A stretch of DNA of 64,000 nt from Oscillospiraceae bacterium (GCA_031551875.1 JAVBNA010000020.1:2167-66166); one strand, 5' to 3'; positions 17,417 through 28,404 are shown, counted from the first letter of the stretch. Numbers and translations are program-made. The notes: generated by a model from the sequence alone, not told the origin.

Positions 17417-18881
17417 AAAACTCCCTTACCCCCTTTTTTCGGGTGAGCATTTCTTCAAATTGATTACAGTATTCATATGGGAATTTGTAGTTAAATATAC
17501 GCACAAGATGATCGCCGCCCGGCTGCCGGAGCTTGGTCACCGCCCCTGCGCCGCACGCGAGGATCGAGTGTGTCTCGTCCATGATGTAGGCGTTATAGCG
17601 CCCTTCAAAGCCCGGCTTTGACCAGCCGACATTCTCGAGGTTGCCGAGCATTTTGCTCTGCCGATAGAGGTAGTAAGGGTGAAAACCCGCGCCGTACAGC
17701 GTCTGGATGCTGTGTTCCACCATGGCGGCGGCCAGCTCCGCGCTCAAGCTCTCCGTGCCGCCGTCTGTGACCAGGCGCGCCGACTTTTTCATGGACAGCA
17801 CGTGCACTGTGACGCTTTCGGGCGACAGCGCCAGGATTTTCTGCATCGTATCCTCAAAGGACTCTAGGGTGTCCCCCGGCAGCCCCGCGATCAGATCCAT
17901 GTTGATGTTCTCAAAGCCCGCCGCCCGCGCTATGGCAAAAGCCTCCAGCGTCTGCGCCGCCGTGTGCCTGCGGCCGATGTTTTCGAGCACCCTGTCGCTC
18001 ATGGTCTGAGGGTTGATGCTGATGCGGGTGACACCGCCCTCCTTTATAGCGCGCAGCTTTTCCTGCGTGATTGTGTCGGGGCGTCCCGCCTCCACCGTCC
18101 ACTCGGTCAAATGGGTCATGTCAAAGCTGTCCGAAACAGCCCGCAAAAGCGACGCCATCTGCTCGGCGGACAGCGTGGTCGGCGTGCCGCCTCCGATGTA
18201 TACGGTTTCCAAACGCAGCCCCAGCTCCCGCGCGATGCGGCCGGTGTGGGCGATCTCCTCTAAAAGCAGCGTGTGGTAGCGCGGGATCAGCTTGCCTGCC
18301 TGCTCGACCGAGTGGGACACAAAGGAGCAGTAGGCGCACCGGGTCGGGCAAAAAGGGATAGATACATAAAGACTGAAGGAATCGGGGCGGCTCTGGTCAA
18401 GCAGGACGCTTTCGTGCTTCTCACAGTCGAGTGCGAGCCGCCGCTTGGGCTCACTGACACGCAGTTCCCTGTCAAAGTAGTTGAGCGCCTCCTCCTCGCC
18501 GCGCTGGCGGATCATGCGGCGCAGCAGCTTGATGGGCCGCACGCCGGTCAGAATCCCCCACAGCGGCCGGTAGCCAATCTCACCGCCAAGCAGACCGTAC
18601 AGAAGGTTTCCCATGCGCAGCTCGCACCGCTTGCCCGCCTCCTCTTCCGAAAGTTCGGCAATCCTGACCGCTTCCTCGCGGACGGTTTCACGCCCGCCTC
18701 TGACAAAGGACACGCGCAAAAGCGCTGTGCCGTCCAGTGTATGCATTTCGGTGCGCACAAGGGGCTCGCCTGTGCGCTCTACCTCTCCGAACACAACGCG
18801 AATGCGCTCGTGCGGAAAAAAGACACGCACAAGGTTTTCCATTTCAAACTGAAAGGTATGCCCGATGATTTCCAAAAGCAT
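17316..18881 (-). CDS. hemZ: Radical-SAM coproporphyrinogen-dehydrogenase-like protein HemZ
   Basis: CPTRCAYCSF radical-SAM motif and the HemZ-like N-terminus MLLEIIGHTFQFEMENLVRVFF. Start set at the ATG at 18881, 1 nt after the upstream stop. The 3' end overlaps the next gene by 101 nt. Confidence 0.8.
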   Translation of the reverse strand: MLLEIIGHTFQFEMENLVRVFFPHERIRVVFGEVERTGEPLVRTEMHTLDGTALLRVSFVRGGRETVREEAVRIAELSEEEAGKRCELRMGNLLYGLLGGEIGYRPLWGILTGVRPIKLLRRMIRQRGEEEALNYFDRELRVSEPKRRLALDCEKHESVLLDQSRPDSFSLYVSIPFCPTRCAYCSFVSHSVEQAGKLIPRYHTLLLEEIAHTGRIARELGLRLETVYIGGGTPTTLSAEQMASLLRAVSDSFDMTHLTEWTVEAGRPDTITQEKLRAIKEGGVTRISINPQTMSDRVLENIGRRHTAAQTLEAFAIARAAGFENINMDLIAGLPGDTLESFEDTMQKILALSPESVTVHVLSMKKSARLVTDGGTESLSAELAAAMVEHSIQTLYGAGFHPYYLYRQSKMLGNLENVGWSKPGFEGRYNAYIMDETHSILACGAGAVTKLRQPGGDHLVRIFNYKFPYEYCNQFEEMLTRKKGVREFYEEFGQLVYPLHLSLGGHQPCGAKRAGGDHPAD

Positions 18882-18882
18882 A

Positions 18883-19509
18883 TTACCAGTCACTTTCTGA
18901 ATCATTAAAGTACGGGTTATTGTCCCGCTCAAATTGCAGGGAGGTCGCGCGTCCGTGCCCAGGCAGCACGGTGTAGTCGCCCGGCAGGGCGCTCAGCTTC
19001 TTGAGGGAGCTGAGCATATCCGAAAAGCTCGAATAGGCAAAGTCGCACCGCCCGACATCCCGGTAAAAAAGTGTATCTCCCGAAAAGATCGTGTCGCCGC
19101 ACACATAGCAGCAGCAGCCCGGCGTGTGCCCAGGCGTATGCACCGCCGTAAAAATCAGTTCCCCGCAGGCGATGGTATCGCCGTCTTTAAGAAGCCGGTC
19201 GGCGGGACGGTTGCCTTTCACGTACGAAAAGCGCAGGCTTCCGTCTGTCAGAAAATCGCCGTCCTCCTCCTGGATGGCGACGGGCGCACCGGTCAGCTCC
19301 CGCACGGCGGGCAGGCCGGTGACATGGTCAAAATGGCCGTGGGTCAGCAAAATCAGCCCAACGTTTTCCGGGCCGATGCGCCGGACGGCCTCCAGCAGGG
19401 CTTTTGCCGCCGCGCCGGGGTCAATGATTGTCACCTTTCCGGTGGCTTCGTCGGTCACCAGATAGCAGTTCGTGCCGATCGGGCCGACTGCAAGCGTCTC
19501 TATCTTCAT
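18883..19509 (-). CDS. MBL-fold metallohydrolase (glyoxalase II-like)
   Basis: 208 aa with the THGHFDH motif. Confidence 0.85.
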   Translation of the reverse strand: MKIETLAVGPIGTNCYLVTDEATGKVTIIDPGAAAKALLEAVRRIGPENVGLILLTHGHFDHVTGLPAVRELTGAPVAIQEEDGDFLTDGSLRFSYVKGNRPADRLLKDGDTIACGELIFTAVHTPGHTPGCCCYVCGDTIFSGDTLFYRDVGRCDFAYSSFSDMLSSLKKLSALPGDYTVLPGHGRATSLQFERDNNPYFNDSESDW

Positions 19510-19525
19510 ACTCTTTCCCCTTCCC

Positions 19526-19972
19526 TCACAGGTCTCCCGAATCCAGTAAAATGGTCACCGGGCCGTCGTTGCACAGGTCAACCTGCATGTCGGCGCCGAA
19601 TTCGCCCGTGCACACGGGGATGCCCCGCGAACGCAGACAATCGGTAAAATACTCGTACAGAATTTCACCCTTTTCAGGCGGCGCCGCGCCGATAAAGGAG
19701 GGACGCCGACCGTGGGAACAGTCGGCGCACAGCGTAAAATTGGAGACCACGATGATTTCCCCCGCGGTGTCCAGTATCGATTTGTTGATCTTGCCCTGCT
19801 CGTCCCCGCAGATGCGCAATACAGAAATTTTGGCCGCGAGGCGCTCGGCGTCCTCGCTCTCGTCGCACGCTGTTACGCCGAGCAGGATCAGGTATCCCGC
19901 CCCGACAGCGGTAACCTGCCGCCCCCCGATACACACCGACGCGCGGGAAACCCGCTGAATGACTGCTTTCAT
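19526..19972 (-). CDS. dtd: D-aminoacyl-tRNA deacylase
   Basis: 148 aa. MKAVIQRV, SNFTL and GEFGADM motifs. Directly downstream of relA, as in many Firmicutes. Confidence 0.95.
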   Translation of the reverse strand: MKAVIQRVSRASVCIGGRQVTAVGAGYLILLGVTACDESEDAERLAAKISVLRICGDEQGKINKSILDTAGEIIVVSNFTLCADCSHGRRPSFIGAAPPEKGEILYEYFTDCLRSRGIPVCTGEFGADMQVDLCNDGPVTILLDSGDL

Positions 19973-19981
19973 GGCTTCCTC

Positions 19982-22174
19982 CTAATAACGGTTGACCTGT
20001 GTGATGCCGTCAATCGACCGCATGCGGCTCATCACCATCTCCAGGTGCTCAAGCCCGCGCACGGTGATCGTTGCTAAAATGATGGCATTGCCGTTTCTGT
20101 CCTCGCGGGAATTTAAGGTGTGGATGGAGATGTGCATGGCGGCCAGCTGCTGGGTGATGTCGGCCAAAAGCCCCCGCCGGTCGGAGGCATGGATTTCCAG
20201 TGTGGATTTGAACTCCTCATCAATCTTACCCGCCCAGCGCACCCGCACCCATCGCTCAGGCTCCGCCGACAGATAGATGTCCTCCGGCACGTTTGTGCAG
20301 CTTTTCTTGTGAATGGAAACGCCGTATCCGCGGGTGATGAAGCCGATGACGTCGTCGCCGGGCAGGGGGTTGCAGCAGCGGGAAAACTTGATCAGGCAGT
20401 TGTCCAGCCCGTCGATGATGATGCCTCCCTGATCTTTTTTCTCGGTCGCGGGAGACAGCCTCTCCCCGGTTCGAAGCCCCTCCTCGGGCTCGTGGGCAAC
20501 CGCCAGCTTGGCAAATTCCTCCTTGATGCGCCCTAAGATATTCTGGAGCGATACGCCGCCGTAGCCAATGGCGGCGAACAGATCCTCGGTCGTATTGCAA
20601 TGGGCGCGCCTGGCGATGCCCACCAGAAATTCCTTCATCTGAGATTCGGGAAGTCGGATACCCGCGCGCTTGAACTCGCGCTCGAGCTCGCTGCGCCCCT
20701 CAACAATATTCTCCTCCCGCCGCTCCTTTTTAAACCAGTTGCGGATCTTACTGCGCGCACTGCTGGTGCGCACAATCTTGAGCCAGTCGCGGCTGGGGCC
20801 GTGGGTAGGGTCCTTCGTGGTGATGACTTCTACGATTTCCCCCGTCTTGAGGACGTAGTGGATGGGCACGATTTTGCCCGACACCTTGGCGCCCACCATA
20901 CGGTTGCCCACCCCGCTGTGGATCGCGTAAGCGAAGTCAATGGTCGTGGAGCCCTGCGGCAGGGTAATGACATCCCCCTTGGGCGTACAGACGAACACCT
21001 CCTCGGGCGCAAGATCGGTCTTGATGTTGCGCACGATGTCCACGGCGTCCTCGGCGTCCTGCTGGTTTTCAAGGATCTGCCGGATCCAGATCAGGCTGTC
21101 CTCCAGGCTTGTGTCCTTCTGCTTGTAGCCGATTTTATACTTCCAGTGCGCCGCAATGCCGTACTCGGCGGTGTGGTGCATTTCCCACGTGCGAATCTGC
21201 ACCTCGAAGGGGATTCCCTCCTTGCCCAGCACGGTGGTGTGCAGCGACTGATAGCCGTTGGGCTTCGGCGTGGAGATGTAGTCCTTAAAGCGACTGGGGA
21301 TGGGGGTAAACATATCGTGGATGATGCCCAGCACGTTATAGCAGTCGATGTCGGTGTCGACCAGCACACGCACGGCGTAAATGTCATAGATTTCGTCAAA
21401 GGAGCGCCCCTGCACGTACACCTTGCGGTAAATGCCGTTGATGCTCTTGACCCGTCCCTCCAGATAGGCGTTGGGAATGGTCTGCACAAGACGCTCGCGG
21501 ATGCGCTCCTTGATGGTATTGATAAAGCCCTCGCGTTCGCTCTTGCGCATGTCCAGGCTTTCCTCGATCTCCTTGTAGGCGACCGGATCGAGATACCGGA
21601 TGGAGATGTCCTCAAGTTCCTCCTTGACCGTCCGGATACCCAGACGGTGAGCAATCGGCGCATACACCTCCATATTTTCACGCGCCTTATCCCGGCGCTT
21701 TTGGTCGGGCATAAACTCGATCGTGCGCATGTTGTGCAGGCGGTCGGCCAGCTTGATGATGATTACGCGGATGTCGTCCGCCATGGCGATCAGCATCTTG
21801 CGCACATTTTCCGCCTGCTCCTCCTCGCGGGTGGAGAAGGGGATCTTGCCCAGCTTGGTTACGCCGTCGATCAGACGGGCGATCTCCATGCCGAATATTT
21901 TCCTGATTTCTTCAAGCGTGATGTCGGTGTCCTCCACCACGTCATGCAGCAGCGCCGCCACAATCGACTCGGTGTCCATGCCCAGCTCCACGAGGATGCA
22001 GGCGACCGACACGGGGTGAGTGATATAGGGCATGCCCGACAGGCGCGGGATGCCCGAATGGGCGGAATCCGCCAGATTGTACGCCCGCTCAATCAGCTCC
22101 ATTTCGTAGGGCCGCTCCGACTCCCGAAGCAGCGCCAGCAGATCGGCGTAATTCATATTGTTCCGGTCCATCAC
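19982..22174 (-). CDS. relA: Bifunctional (p)ppGpp synthetase/hydrolase RelA/SpoT
   Basis: 730 aa. HD hydrolase motif HPVSVA...LLHDVVEDT, synthetase motif YQSLHTTV, and TGS and ACT-like C-terminal domains. Confidence 0.95.
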   Translation of the reverse strand: MMDRNNMNYADLLALLRESERPYEMELIERAYNLADSAHSGIPRLSGMPYITHPVSVACILVELGMDTESIVAALLHDVVEDTDITLEEIRKIFGMEIARLIDGVTKLGKIPFSTREEEQAENVRKMLIAMADDIRVIIIKLADRLHNMRTIEFMPDQKRRDKARENMEVYAPIAHRLGIRTVKEELEDISIRYLDPVAYKEIEESLDMRKSEREGFINTIKERIRERLVQTIPNAYLEGRVKSINGIYRKVYVQGRSFDEIYDIYAVRVLVDTDIDCYNVLGIIHDMFTPIPSRFKDYISTPKPNGYQSLHTTVLGKEGIPFEVQIRTWEMHHTAEYGIAAHWKYKIGYKQKDTSLEDSLIWIRQILENQQDAEDAVDIVRNIKTDLAPEEVFVCTPKGDVITLPQGSTTIDFAYAIHSGVGNRMVGAKVSGKIVPIHYVLKTGEIVEVITTKDPTHGPSRDWLKIVRTSSARSKIRNWFKKERREENIVEGRSELEREFKRAGIRLPESQMKEFLVGIARRAHCNTTEDLFAAIGYGGVSLQNILGRIKEEFAKLAVAHEPEEGLRTGERLSPATEKKDQGGIIIDGLDNCLIKFSRCCNPLPGDDVIGFITRGYGVSIHKKSCTNVPEDIYLSAEPERWVRVRWAGKIDEEFKSTLEIHASDRRGLLADITQQLAAMHISIHTLNSREDRNGNAIILATITVRGLEHLEMVMSRMRSIDGITQVNRY

Positions 22175-22205
22175 TCAATCCTCCCCTTCGCATAGTTTAC
22201 AAAAC

Positions 22206-24278
22206 TCAAGATAACTTTGCGCCCATCCATTTCCGAAGCAATTCATACCGTTCGCTTGATTCAAGGTCGACCTTCCCGTCAACCTGTGTAAGTAAAATAT
22301 TCTGTGTGTCCGCTGCGCCCCGCCGCTGTAAAAGGCCCTTTTCCTCCATGGCGTCGAGCGCCACGCATAGCTTCCCGTATCCTATATCATATGCGGAAAG
22401 CCGGTGGCACAGAATGTCCGCCCCAAACGCAAAGCCCTTCTGCTCCCGCAAAAAACGGTAGAGGGCGGCGTTTTCCGTCCGGGCGGGCCACAGCTCCTGC
22501 GCCTCCCCGCCAGACAGCGTCTCGCCCCGGTGAAAACGCTCGTACACCTGCCTCTGGCTGAAGTATTCCTCCGCCGGAAGTCCCGAAGGACGGATGTCAC
22601 GCGCGACCACCGAAAGCTGCTCTTGCCCGCGGTAGACCGAGGTGCTGAGCGTCACGGCAAAGTCGAGCACATCGCCCGGCGCAAAGGGAAACTGCTCCGC
22701 CCGCACACCGAAGCGCATGATCGTAACTCCGGCGCCGTCGCGCTCGGCGGTCAGCCGCAAATGCTTGCCGCCGCCCACCGGATAGATGCCCTTCAGCGTC
22801 ATGGAAAGCAGGGCAAACAGCGGGGTTTCATTGCCGCAGCCAAAGGGCTCAAGCGCGGAAAGCTGTGCCGCCAGCGCCGGGGTCAGCCCCTTTGGATTAA
22901 GCTTTAAGTCCAGGCACAGCTCGGGCATGGGCATGACCCGCTGCGCCGCGTAGTCGTTGATGGCGCGGCGGAAATCCTCCACACGCGCGCTGCGCATGGT
23001 AAAACCGCCCGCCTGTTCGTGTCCGCCGAATTTATCAAAATAGTCCGCGCAGGCGGTCATCGCCGCAAAGAGCGAAAAACCGGGCAGACTTCGTCCCGAG
23101 CCTTTGGCCTCCTCCCCCTGCCGCGAGATCACAATGACCGGCTTGCCGTGCTTTTCCAGAAGCCGCGCCGCAACGATGCCGATGACACCGGGATGAAAGT
23201 TCTCGCCGTCCACCACCAGCACCCGGTCGTAAAGACGCGCAGGATTTCCTTCAAAATAGCGGCCGATGTGCACGCTGATCTCCTGCTCGACGCCCTGTCG
23301 GTTGCGGTTTTCTTCGCACAGCTCCGCTGCCAGCGCCGCCGCCTCATCGGCGTCCTCCGCAAGCAGCAGTTTGACCGACCGAACGGGCGAGCCCATCCGT
23401 CCCGTGGCGTTCATGCGGGGCGCAATCCCGAAAGCGACGTCGGTCGCCGTCATATTCCGGATGTCCAGCCCCGATTCCTCAATCAGTGCGCGAAGCCCCG
23501 GACGGTCAGTGTGGGCCATCTGACGCAGACCATGCCTGACCAACGTCCGGTTCTCCCCCGTTAGCGGGACGATGTCCGCGACCGTGCCGATGGCGACCAG
23601 CTCGGAAAAATTATCCAGCACCGTATCCGCGTCGCCTTCTTCGGCTTCGAGCGCGCAAATCAGCTTAAATGCCACCCCCACGCCGGCAAATTCCTTGAAG
23701 GGGCTGCCGCAGTCGATGCGGTGCGGGTCAACCACCGCGCAGGCGCCGGGCAGCGCTTCTCCCGGACGGTGGTGGTCGGTCACCACCACGTCGATGCCCA
23801 GTGTTTTTGCGTAGGCAACCTCTTGAACCGCCGAAATGCCGTTGTCCACCGTGACAATCAGGCTGACGCCGCGCTCCTTGAGCGCGTCTACGGCGCGTTC
23901 GCTCATGCCGTAGCCCTCACCCTCCCGCTCGGGGATATAGAAGGTGACGTTGGCGCCGCAGGTTTCCAGATAGGAATACAGCAGCGCTGTGGCGGTGATC
24001 CCGTCGGCGTCGTAGTCCCCAAACACCGCAACCGGTTCAAAATCGTCCACAGCGGCCCGGATACGGCTGACCGCCTTGTCCATGTCCCGGATCAAAAAGG
24101 GATCAGACAGGGTTTCATCCCCATCGAGAAACTCACTGATCTTTTCAGGGGTATCATGCCCGCGCCCCGCAAGCAACAGCACCAGAAATTCATCCAGTTC
24201 CAGCTGTGCCGCGATCTCCTTCGCGCGCGCTTTGTCGGCCTCGGGGATGCGCCATCGTTTTAAGCTCACTTCTATCAC
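22206..24278 (-). CDS. recJ: Single-stranded-DNA-specific exonuclease RecJ
   Basis: 690 aa. DHH motifs VFGDYDADGITA and VVTDHH, and a DHHA1 GGH motif. Confidence 0.9.
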   Translation of the reverse strand: MIEVSLKRWRIPEADKARAKEIAAQLELDEFLVLLLAGRGHDTPEKISEFLDGDETLSDPFLIRDMDKAVSRIRAAVDDFEPVAVFGDYDADGITATALLYSYLETCGANVTFYIPEREGEGYGMSERAVDALKERGVSLIVTVDNGISAVQEVAYAKTLGIDVVVTDHHRPGEALPGACAVVDPHRIDCGSPFKEFAGVGVAFKLICALEAEEGDADTVLDNFSELVAIGTVADIVPLTGENRTLVRHGLRQMAHTDRPGLRALIEESGLDIRNMTATDVAFGIAPRMNATGRMGSPVRSVKLLLAEDADEAAALAAELCEENRNRQGVEQEISVHIGRYFEGNPARLYDRVLVVDGENFHPGVIGIVAARLLEKHGKPVIVISRQGEEAKGSGRSLPGFSLFAAMTACADYFDKFGGHEQAGGFTMRSARVEDFRRAINDYAAQRVMPMPELCLDLKLNPKGLTPALAAQLSALEPFGCGNETPLFALLSMTLKGIYPVGGGKHLRLTAERDGAGVTIMRFGVRAEQFPFAPGDVLDFAVTLSTSVYRGQEQLSVVARDIRPSGLPAEEYFSQRQVYERFHRGETLSGGEAQELWPARTENAALYRFLREQKGFAFGADILCHRLSAYDIGYGKLCVALDAMEEKGLLQRRGAADTQNILLTQVDGKVDLESSERYELLRKWMGAKLS

Positions 24279-24345
24279 CTGCCCTATTCTTTATATTTTA
24301 CCATTTCCGGCAAAGATTTTCAACTCATTTCCCCGCAACAACAAA

Positions 24346-24379
24346 ATATCCGCCCCCATAAAAAAACGGCGGCGGATAT
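24346..24379 (-). terminator. Probable terminator of leuB
   Basis: ATATCCGCC...GGCGGATAT arms, followed on the minus strand by TTTGTTGTT. Confidence 0.5.
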
Positions 24380-24395
24380 TGACTTGATTCTTGAA

Positions 24396-25469
24396 TTATG
24401 AAAGCGCCTCCAGCACCCTGTTTCCCATCTCCCTGCATCCGACGCGCTCGGCGCCGGGCGTGTGAATATCGGGGGTGCGGCAGTGTGTGAGCACCCGTGA
24501 GACGGCTTCCTCGATGTCCTGTGCCGCCTGCGTCTGGGAAAGCGAATGACGCAGCAGCATGGCGGCCGACAGGATAGCCGCCAGGGGGTTCGCAATGTCC
24601 CGGCCGGCGATGTCAGGGGCGGAACCGTGGATGGGCTCATACAGCCCGGGATTGCCCGCGCCCAGGCTCGCGGAGGGCAGCAGCCCGATTGACCCGCTGA
24701 TCATGGACGCCTCGTCGGACAGGATGTCCCCGAACATGTTGGAAGTGACGATCACGTCAAACTGGCCGGGGTCACGCACCAGCTGCATCGCGCAGTTATC
24801 CACGTACATGTGGGATAGCGTCACGCTGGGATACTCCGCCCCGATGCGCTCGGCGGTTTCCCGCCACAGACGGGAGGACTCGAGCACGTTGGACTTGTCC
24901 ACCGAGCACAGACGTCCGCCGCGCCCCGCCGCCATGGCAAAGGCCACTTGCAGGATCCGCTCGATTTCGGACACGGCATAGCGCTCGGTGTCAAAGGCAA
25001 ATTCCTGCCCGTCCTCGGTACCGCGCCCGCGGTCGCCGAAATATATGCCGCCGGTCAGCTCGCGCACCACCATGATGTCAAGCCCGTCTCCCAGCACCTC
25101 CGCTTTGAGGGGCGAGGCCTCCCGCAGCGCCGGAAACACCCGCACCGGGCGCAGGTTGGCAAACAGGCCAAGTGCATTACGAATGCCCAGAAGACCCGCC
25201 TCAGGGCGCAGATGGCCGGGCAGCGTTTCCCATTGATAGCCGCCCACCGCGCCCAGCAGCACAGCGTCGGCCTCCTGACAGCGTTCAATCGTGCTCACGG
25301 GCAGAGGGACGCCGGTCTTGTCGAGGGCGGCGCCGCCCAGATCGGCCTCCTCAAAATGCAGGGCAAACCCGTATTTTTCGGCCATGCGTTCAAGCACGCG
25401 CACCGCCTGCTCGGTGATTTCGGGACCGATGCCGTCGCCGGGGATGGTGACAATTTTATATGCGTTCAA
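24396..25469 (-). CDS. leuB: 3-isopropylmalate dehydrogenase
   Basis: [15 protein letters not shown] and [26 protein letters not shown] motifs. Start proposed at the TTG at 25469, 6 nt after GGGAGGAA; the ORF track extends to 25499. Confidence 0.9.
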   Translation of the reverse strand: MNAYKIVTIPGDGIGPEITEQAVRVLERMAEKYGFALHFEEADLGGAALDKTGVPLPVSTIERCQEADAVLLGAVGGYQWETLPGHLRPEAGLLGIRNALGLFANLRPVRVFPALREASPLKAEVLGDGLDIMVVRELTGGIYFGDRGRGTEDGQEFAFDTERYAVSEIERILQVAFAMAAGRGGRLCSVDKSNVLESSRLWRETAERIGAEYPSVTLSHMYVDNCAMQLVRDPGQFDVIVTSNMFGDILSDEASMISGSIGLLPSASLGAGNPGLYEPIHGSAPDIAGRDIANPLAAILSAAMLLRHSLSQTQAAQDIEEAVSRVLTHCRTPDIHTPGAERVGCREMGNRVLEALS

Positions 25470-25562
25470 GTGCGGTTCCTCCCTACTGTATGCTGTCACT
25501 ATTATACCCCCGGAAAAAAGCCTCTGTCAATGCAGTCATGCAATATATTCATAAAATAACAC

Positions 25563-26285
25563 TTAGATATCATTCTCAGGAATATATCTGCGAAACGCCC
25601 TCTCGGCCGCCTCGCGCGCCAGGTTGATCACGCCGTCCTGTTCCTCGTCGCGCCTGATCGGCTCTGGGATCGTGTCGTACACCTCAAACACCTGCCCCGA
25701 CATCCACAGGCTGGGGGTGATGCGGATGGAATACCCTCGTCCATTGCCGCACATCCAGTCGTAGAAAGGGGCGCGCGGCAGACCATAGGCAGCCAGGATG
25801 GTCATGATGGTGCCGCCGTGGGCGATGATGACCGATTCGGTGATTCCCGTGCGCATCAGGCTTTCCACGAGACCCTCAAACGCACCGCACACCCGCGCGA
25901 CAAAGTCGTCGGTGGATTCGCCGTTAGGCGGCGCACCCGTGCCGTGGCTTTGGAGCCAGTCGCTGAAGGCGGGCACATCCCGAAGCTCCTCCGCCGTCTT
26001 GCCCTCCCAGTCGCCGAAGTCGCATTCGGCCAGTCCTGGCACCTCAAGGGCGTCCACGCCGGGATAAAGCGCGTGCAGCGTCTGAACACAGCGCAGCAGC
26101 GGACTGACGAAATAGGCGTCGCCGGTCGGGTAAGGATATTGCTCGGACAGCTGCGTGAGTTCCCGAAGCCCCTCGGGCGTCAGCAGCGCGTTGGTGCGCC
26201 CGATGTACTGCCCCTTCCGGTTTCCCTCGGTCAGCCCGTGACGGATCAGGTGAATTTTGTAGGTTTTCATGAATTCCTCACTCAT
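25563..26285 (-). CDS. Histidine phosphatase (phosphoglycerate-mutase) family protein
   Basis: LIRHG catalytic motif and a later H in AHGG. Start could be 26285 or 26270. Confidence 0.8.
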   Translation of the reverse strand: MSEEFMKTYKIHLIRHGLTEGNRKGQYIGRTNALLTPEGLRELTQLSEQYPYPTGDAYFVSPLLRCVQTLHALYPGVDALEVPGLAECDFGDWEGKTAEELRDVPAFSDWLQSHGTGAPPNGESTDDFVARVCGAFEGLVESLMRTGITESVIIAHGGTIMTILAAYGLPRAPFYDWMCGNGRGYSIRITPSLWMSGQVFEVYDTIPEPIRRDEEQDGVINLAREAAERAFRRYIPENDI

Positions 26286-26373
26286 TCCTGTGCTTTACAA
26301 GCCGTTTTTTCTGTATTATACTATACGATGTGTAATTTGTCATGCAAATTTTCGAAGAAAAGGGTTTGAGCAT

Positions 26374-27057
26374 ATGAGCCAGCAGTTTTCCAGAATGATT
26401 ACCCTGCTGCGAAACGAGCGCAAACTTACCCAAAAGCAGGTTGCCGCCGATCTGGGCATTTCGCCCGCTGTACTGTCCCACTATGAAAAGGGCATCCGGG
26501 AGTGCAAGCTGGATTTTCTGGTCAGCGTCGCCGACTATTTTGAGGTGTCCTGCGATTACCTGCTCGGGCGCACCAGCGAGCCGGGCGGTATAGGTGCGCC
26601 ATCACCCGCACCGAGAAAAGAGGAGGGCGCCGCCCTGCGTCAGAGCCACCGCTCCTATGCGACCGGGCAGAAAAAAGTCTTGGTGGGCGCCATACATATT
26701 CTGTTTGATATTTTATCCCGCGGCAAAAGCAAAGCGCTGACCACCGAGGTTTCACGCAGCATGATGCTTCTGCTGTACAGTCTCTTCCGCATCCTCTACG
26801 CCTCCAATTCAGAAAACCCGGCGGGGATTTTCCGGCTGTCCAAATCCCACGCGCAGGCGCTCAGCGAATCGGCGCTTCTACTCTCTCTCTCCCACGTCAG
26901 GGCGGAGCTCAAGCAGAACCGGGCCGCCGGGGAGAAGATCAGGCTGTCTCCGCGCACAATCCGTGAAAGCTATCCCGCCTATGCCTCCTCGCTGTTTGCC
27001 GTCATTGAATGCGCGGAGGCATGCGCCGAATTGCCCTGGCCGGAGGCAGAGGATTAA
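26374..27057 (+). CDS. XRE-family helix-turn-helix transcriptional regulator
   Basis: N-terminal HTH LTQKQVAADLGISPAVLSHYEKG with an uncharacterised C-terminal half. Start set at the ATG at 26374. Confidence 0.8.
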   Translation: MSQQFSRMITLLRNERKLTQKQVAADLGISPAVLSHYEKGIRECKLDFLVSVADYFEVSCDYLLGRTSEPGGIGAPSPAPRKEEGAALRQSHRSYATGQKKVLVGAIHILFDILSRGKSKALTTEVSRSMMLLLYSLFRILYASNSENPAGIFRLSKSHAQALSESALLLSLSHVRAELKQNRAAGEKIRLSPRTIRESYPAYASSLFAVIECAEACAELPWPEAED

Positions 27058-27076
27058 AAACAGCCGAACCCAAAAC

Positions 27077-27493
27077 TCACGTTTTGGGTTCAGGGGTTTC
27101 GTTCTTTGGCAAAACAGCTTCACAAGCGCTCATATCCACATAGACTTTATCACCGCATGAACTTTTCTTAAGTTTATCATCGAGGCGCGTGTCAATCCGG
27201 ACAATGCGCTCCCGCAGTTCATTGAGCGCCGACTGCATGGCGCTCACATATTCCACCGTCTGGCTGTGATTTTTATCGTCATTAGAAAGAATGCTGGAGA
27301 TCATATTTTTATTTTCTAAAACAATGGCCTGCATTGCGTCGATTTTTTCACCGATGCGTTCCACGGCTTTGGTTTGCTGTTCGGTGATTTTTGCCTGCTG
27401 ACGGAACACAAAGACCACTACAAAAAATACAATAAGCATAGCCGCACCCGCGATTCCCAGGTCAAGCCACGCTTCAGGCGTAAATTGTTCCAT
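27077..27493 (-). CDS. Hypothetical single-pass membrane, coiled-coil protein
   Basis: ORF with one TM segment (LGIAGAAMLIVFFVVVFVF) and heptad-like repeats. No recognisable family. Confidence 0.45.
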   Translation of the reverse strand: MEQFTPEAWLDLGIAGAAMLIVFFVVVFVFRQQAKITEQQTKAVERIGEKIDAMQAIVLENKNMISSILSNDDKNHSQTVEYVSAMQSALNELRERIVRIDTRLDDKLKKSSCGDKVYVDMSACEAVLPKNETPEPKT

Positions 27494-27580
27494 AACACAC
27501 CTCTTCTTCCTGTACAATTTCCCCGCAGGTTCACGATATGAACCGCCTTCCATTGTATGCAGTCACGGCGGGTTTTGCGC

Positions 27581-27621
27581 AAAAAAATCCCTGCATGGTA
27601 ATTCCATGCAGGGATTTTTTT
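27581..27621. terminator. Bidirectional terminator after rpsR
   Basis: A7-ATCCCTGCATGG-taatt-CCATGCAGGGAT-T7. Confidence 0.8.
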
Positions 27622-27632
27622 GTGATTTCGAA

Positions 27633-27896
27633 TCAGTCGCTGCTGAAGGGCAGCAGCGCAAGGTGACGGGCACGTTTGATCGCGACAGTCAGGGCGCGCT
27701 GATGATGCGCACAGGTACCGGTGACACGGCGGGGCAGGATCTTGGCGCGCTCGGAAAGGAACCGACGCAGCCGCGCAATGTCTTTATAATCGATGGTTTC
27801 AATTTTATCCACACAGAAATTACATACCTTTTTACGACCTTTACGTCCGCCGCCGCGGCGCTCGGGTCTCTCAGGTCTTTCGCTTCTCTCGGCCAT
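27633..27896 (-). CDS. rpsR: 30S ribosomal protein S18
   Basis: [36 protein letters not shown] signature. Start at the ATG at 27896. Confidence 0.95.
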   Translation of the reverse strand: MAERSERPERPERRGGGRKGRKKVCNFCVDKIETIDYKDIARLRRFLSERAKILPRRVTGTCAHHQRALTVAIKRARHLALLPFSSD

Positions 27897-27952
27897 GGTT
27901 TGACCTCCTTTAACTCGTTTTTTCATGTTTCGTTTTTCGCTTTGATTTTGAT

Positions 27953-28393
27953 TTAGAAGGGCAGGTCGTCGTCACCGGGCACTTCGACAAAATCGCCCGC
28001 GTCGCCGCTCTGATAAGCGGGTGTCGGCTGGTTGTCAAAGCGGGCGGGCGCTGCGCCCCCGCCGCCGGTGCCGTCCTGCTTGCGCTCGGCAAAGTGAACC
28101 TGATCCGCCACAACCTCCACGCTGTACCGTTTGTTGCCGTCCTTGTCCTGCCAGGTTCTAGTCTGGAGGGAGCCCTGGACCGCAATCAACTGTCCCTTGC
28201 GGAAGTATTTGCTGGCAAACTCGGCCGTCTGCCGCCAGGTAACGATGTCAATGAAGTCGGCCTGCCGCTCCTGTCCCTTGGAATAGGAACGATCCACCGC
28301 AATCCGGAAGGAACACACCGAAAGTCCCGTTTGCGTCGTTTTCAGCTCCGGGTCGGCTACCAACCGGCCATTGAGTGCTACTACATTGAGCAT
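27953..28393 (-). CDS. ssb: Single-stranded DNA-binding protein
   Basis: OB-fold N-terminus [17 protein letters not shown], a Gly/Pro-rich linker and an acidic tail DDDLPF. Confidence 0.95.
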   Translation of the reverse strand: MLNVVALNGRLVADPELKTTQTGLSVCSFRIAVDRSYSKGQERQADFIDIVTWRQTAEFASKYFRKGQLIAVQGSLQTRTWQDKDGNKRYSVEVVADQVHFAERKQDGTGGGGAAPARFDNQPTPAYQSGDAGDFVEVPGDDDLPF

Positions 28394-28404
28394 GTCATCA
28401 CCTC

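Noticed and set aside
20600-22195. 531-aa plus-strand ORF
   Set aside because: Antisense to relA, which has unambiguous HD, synthetase and TGS motifs. It has no recognisable motifs and is a GC-rich artefact.
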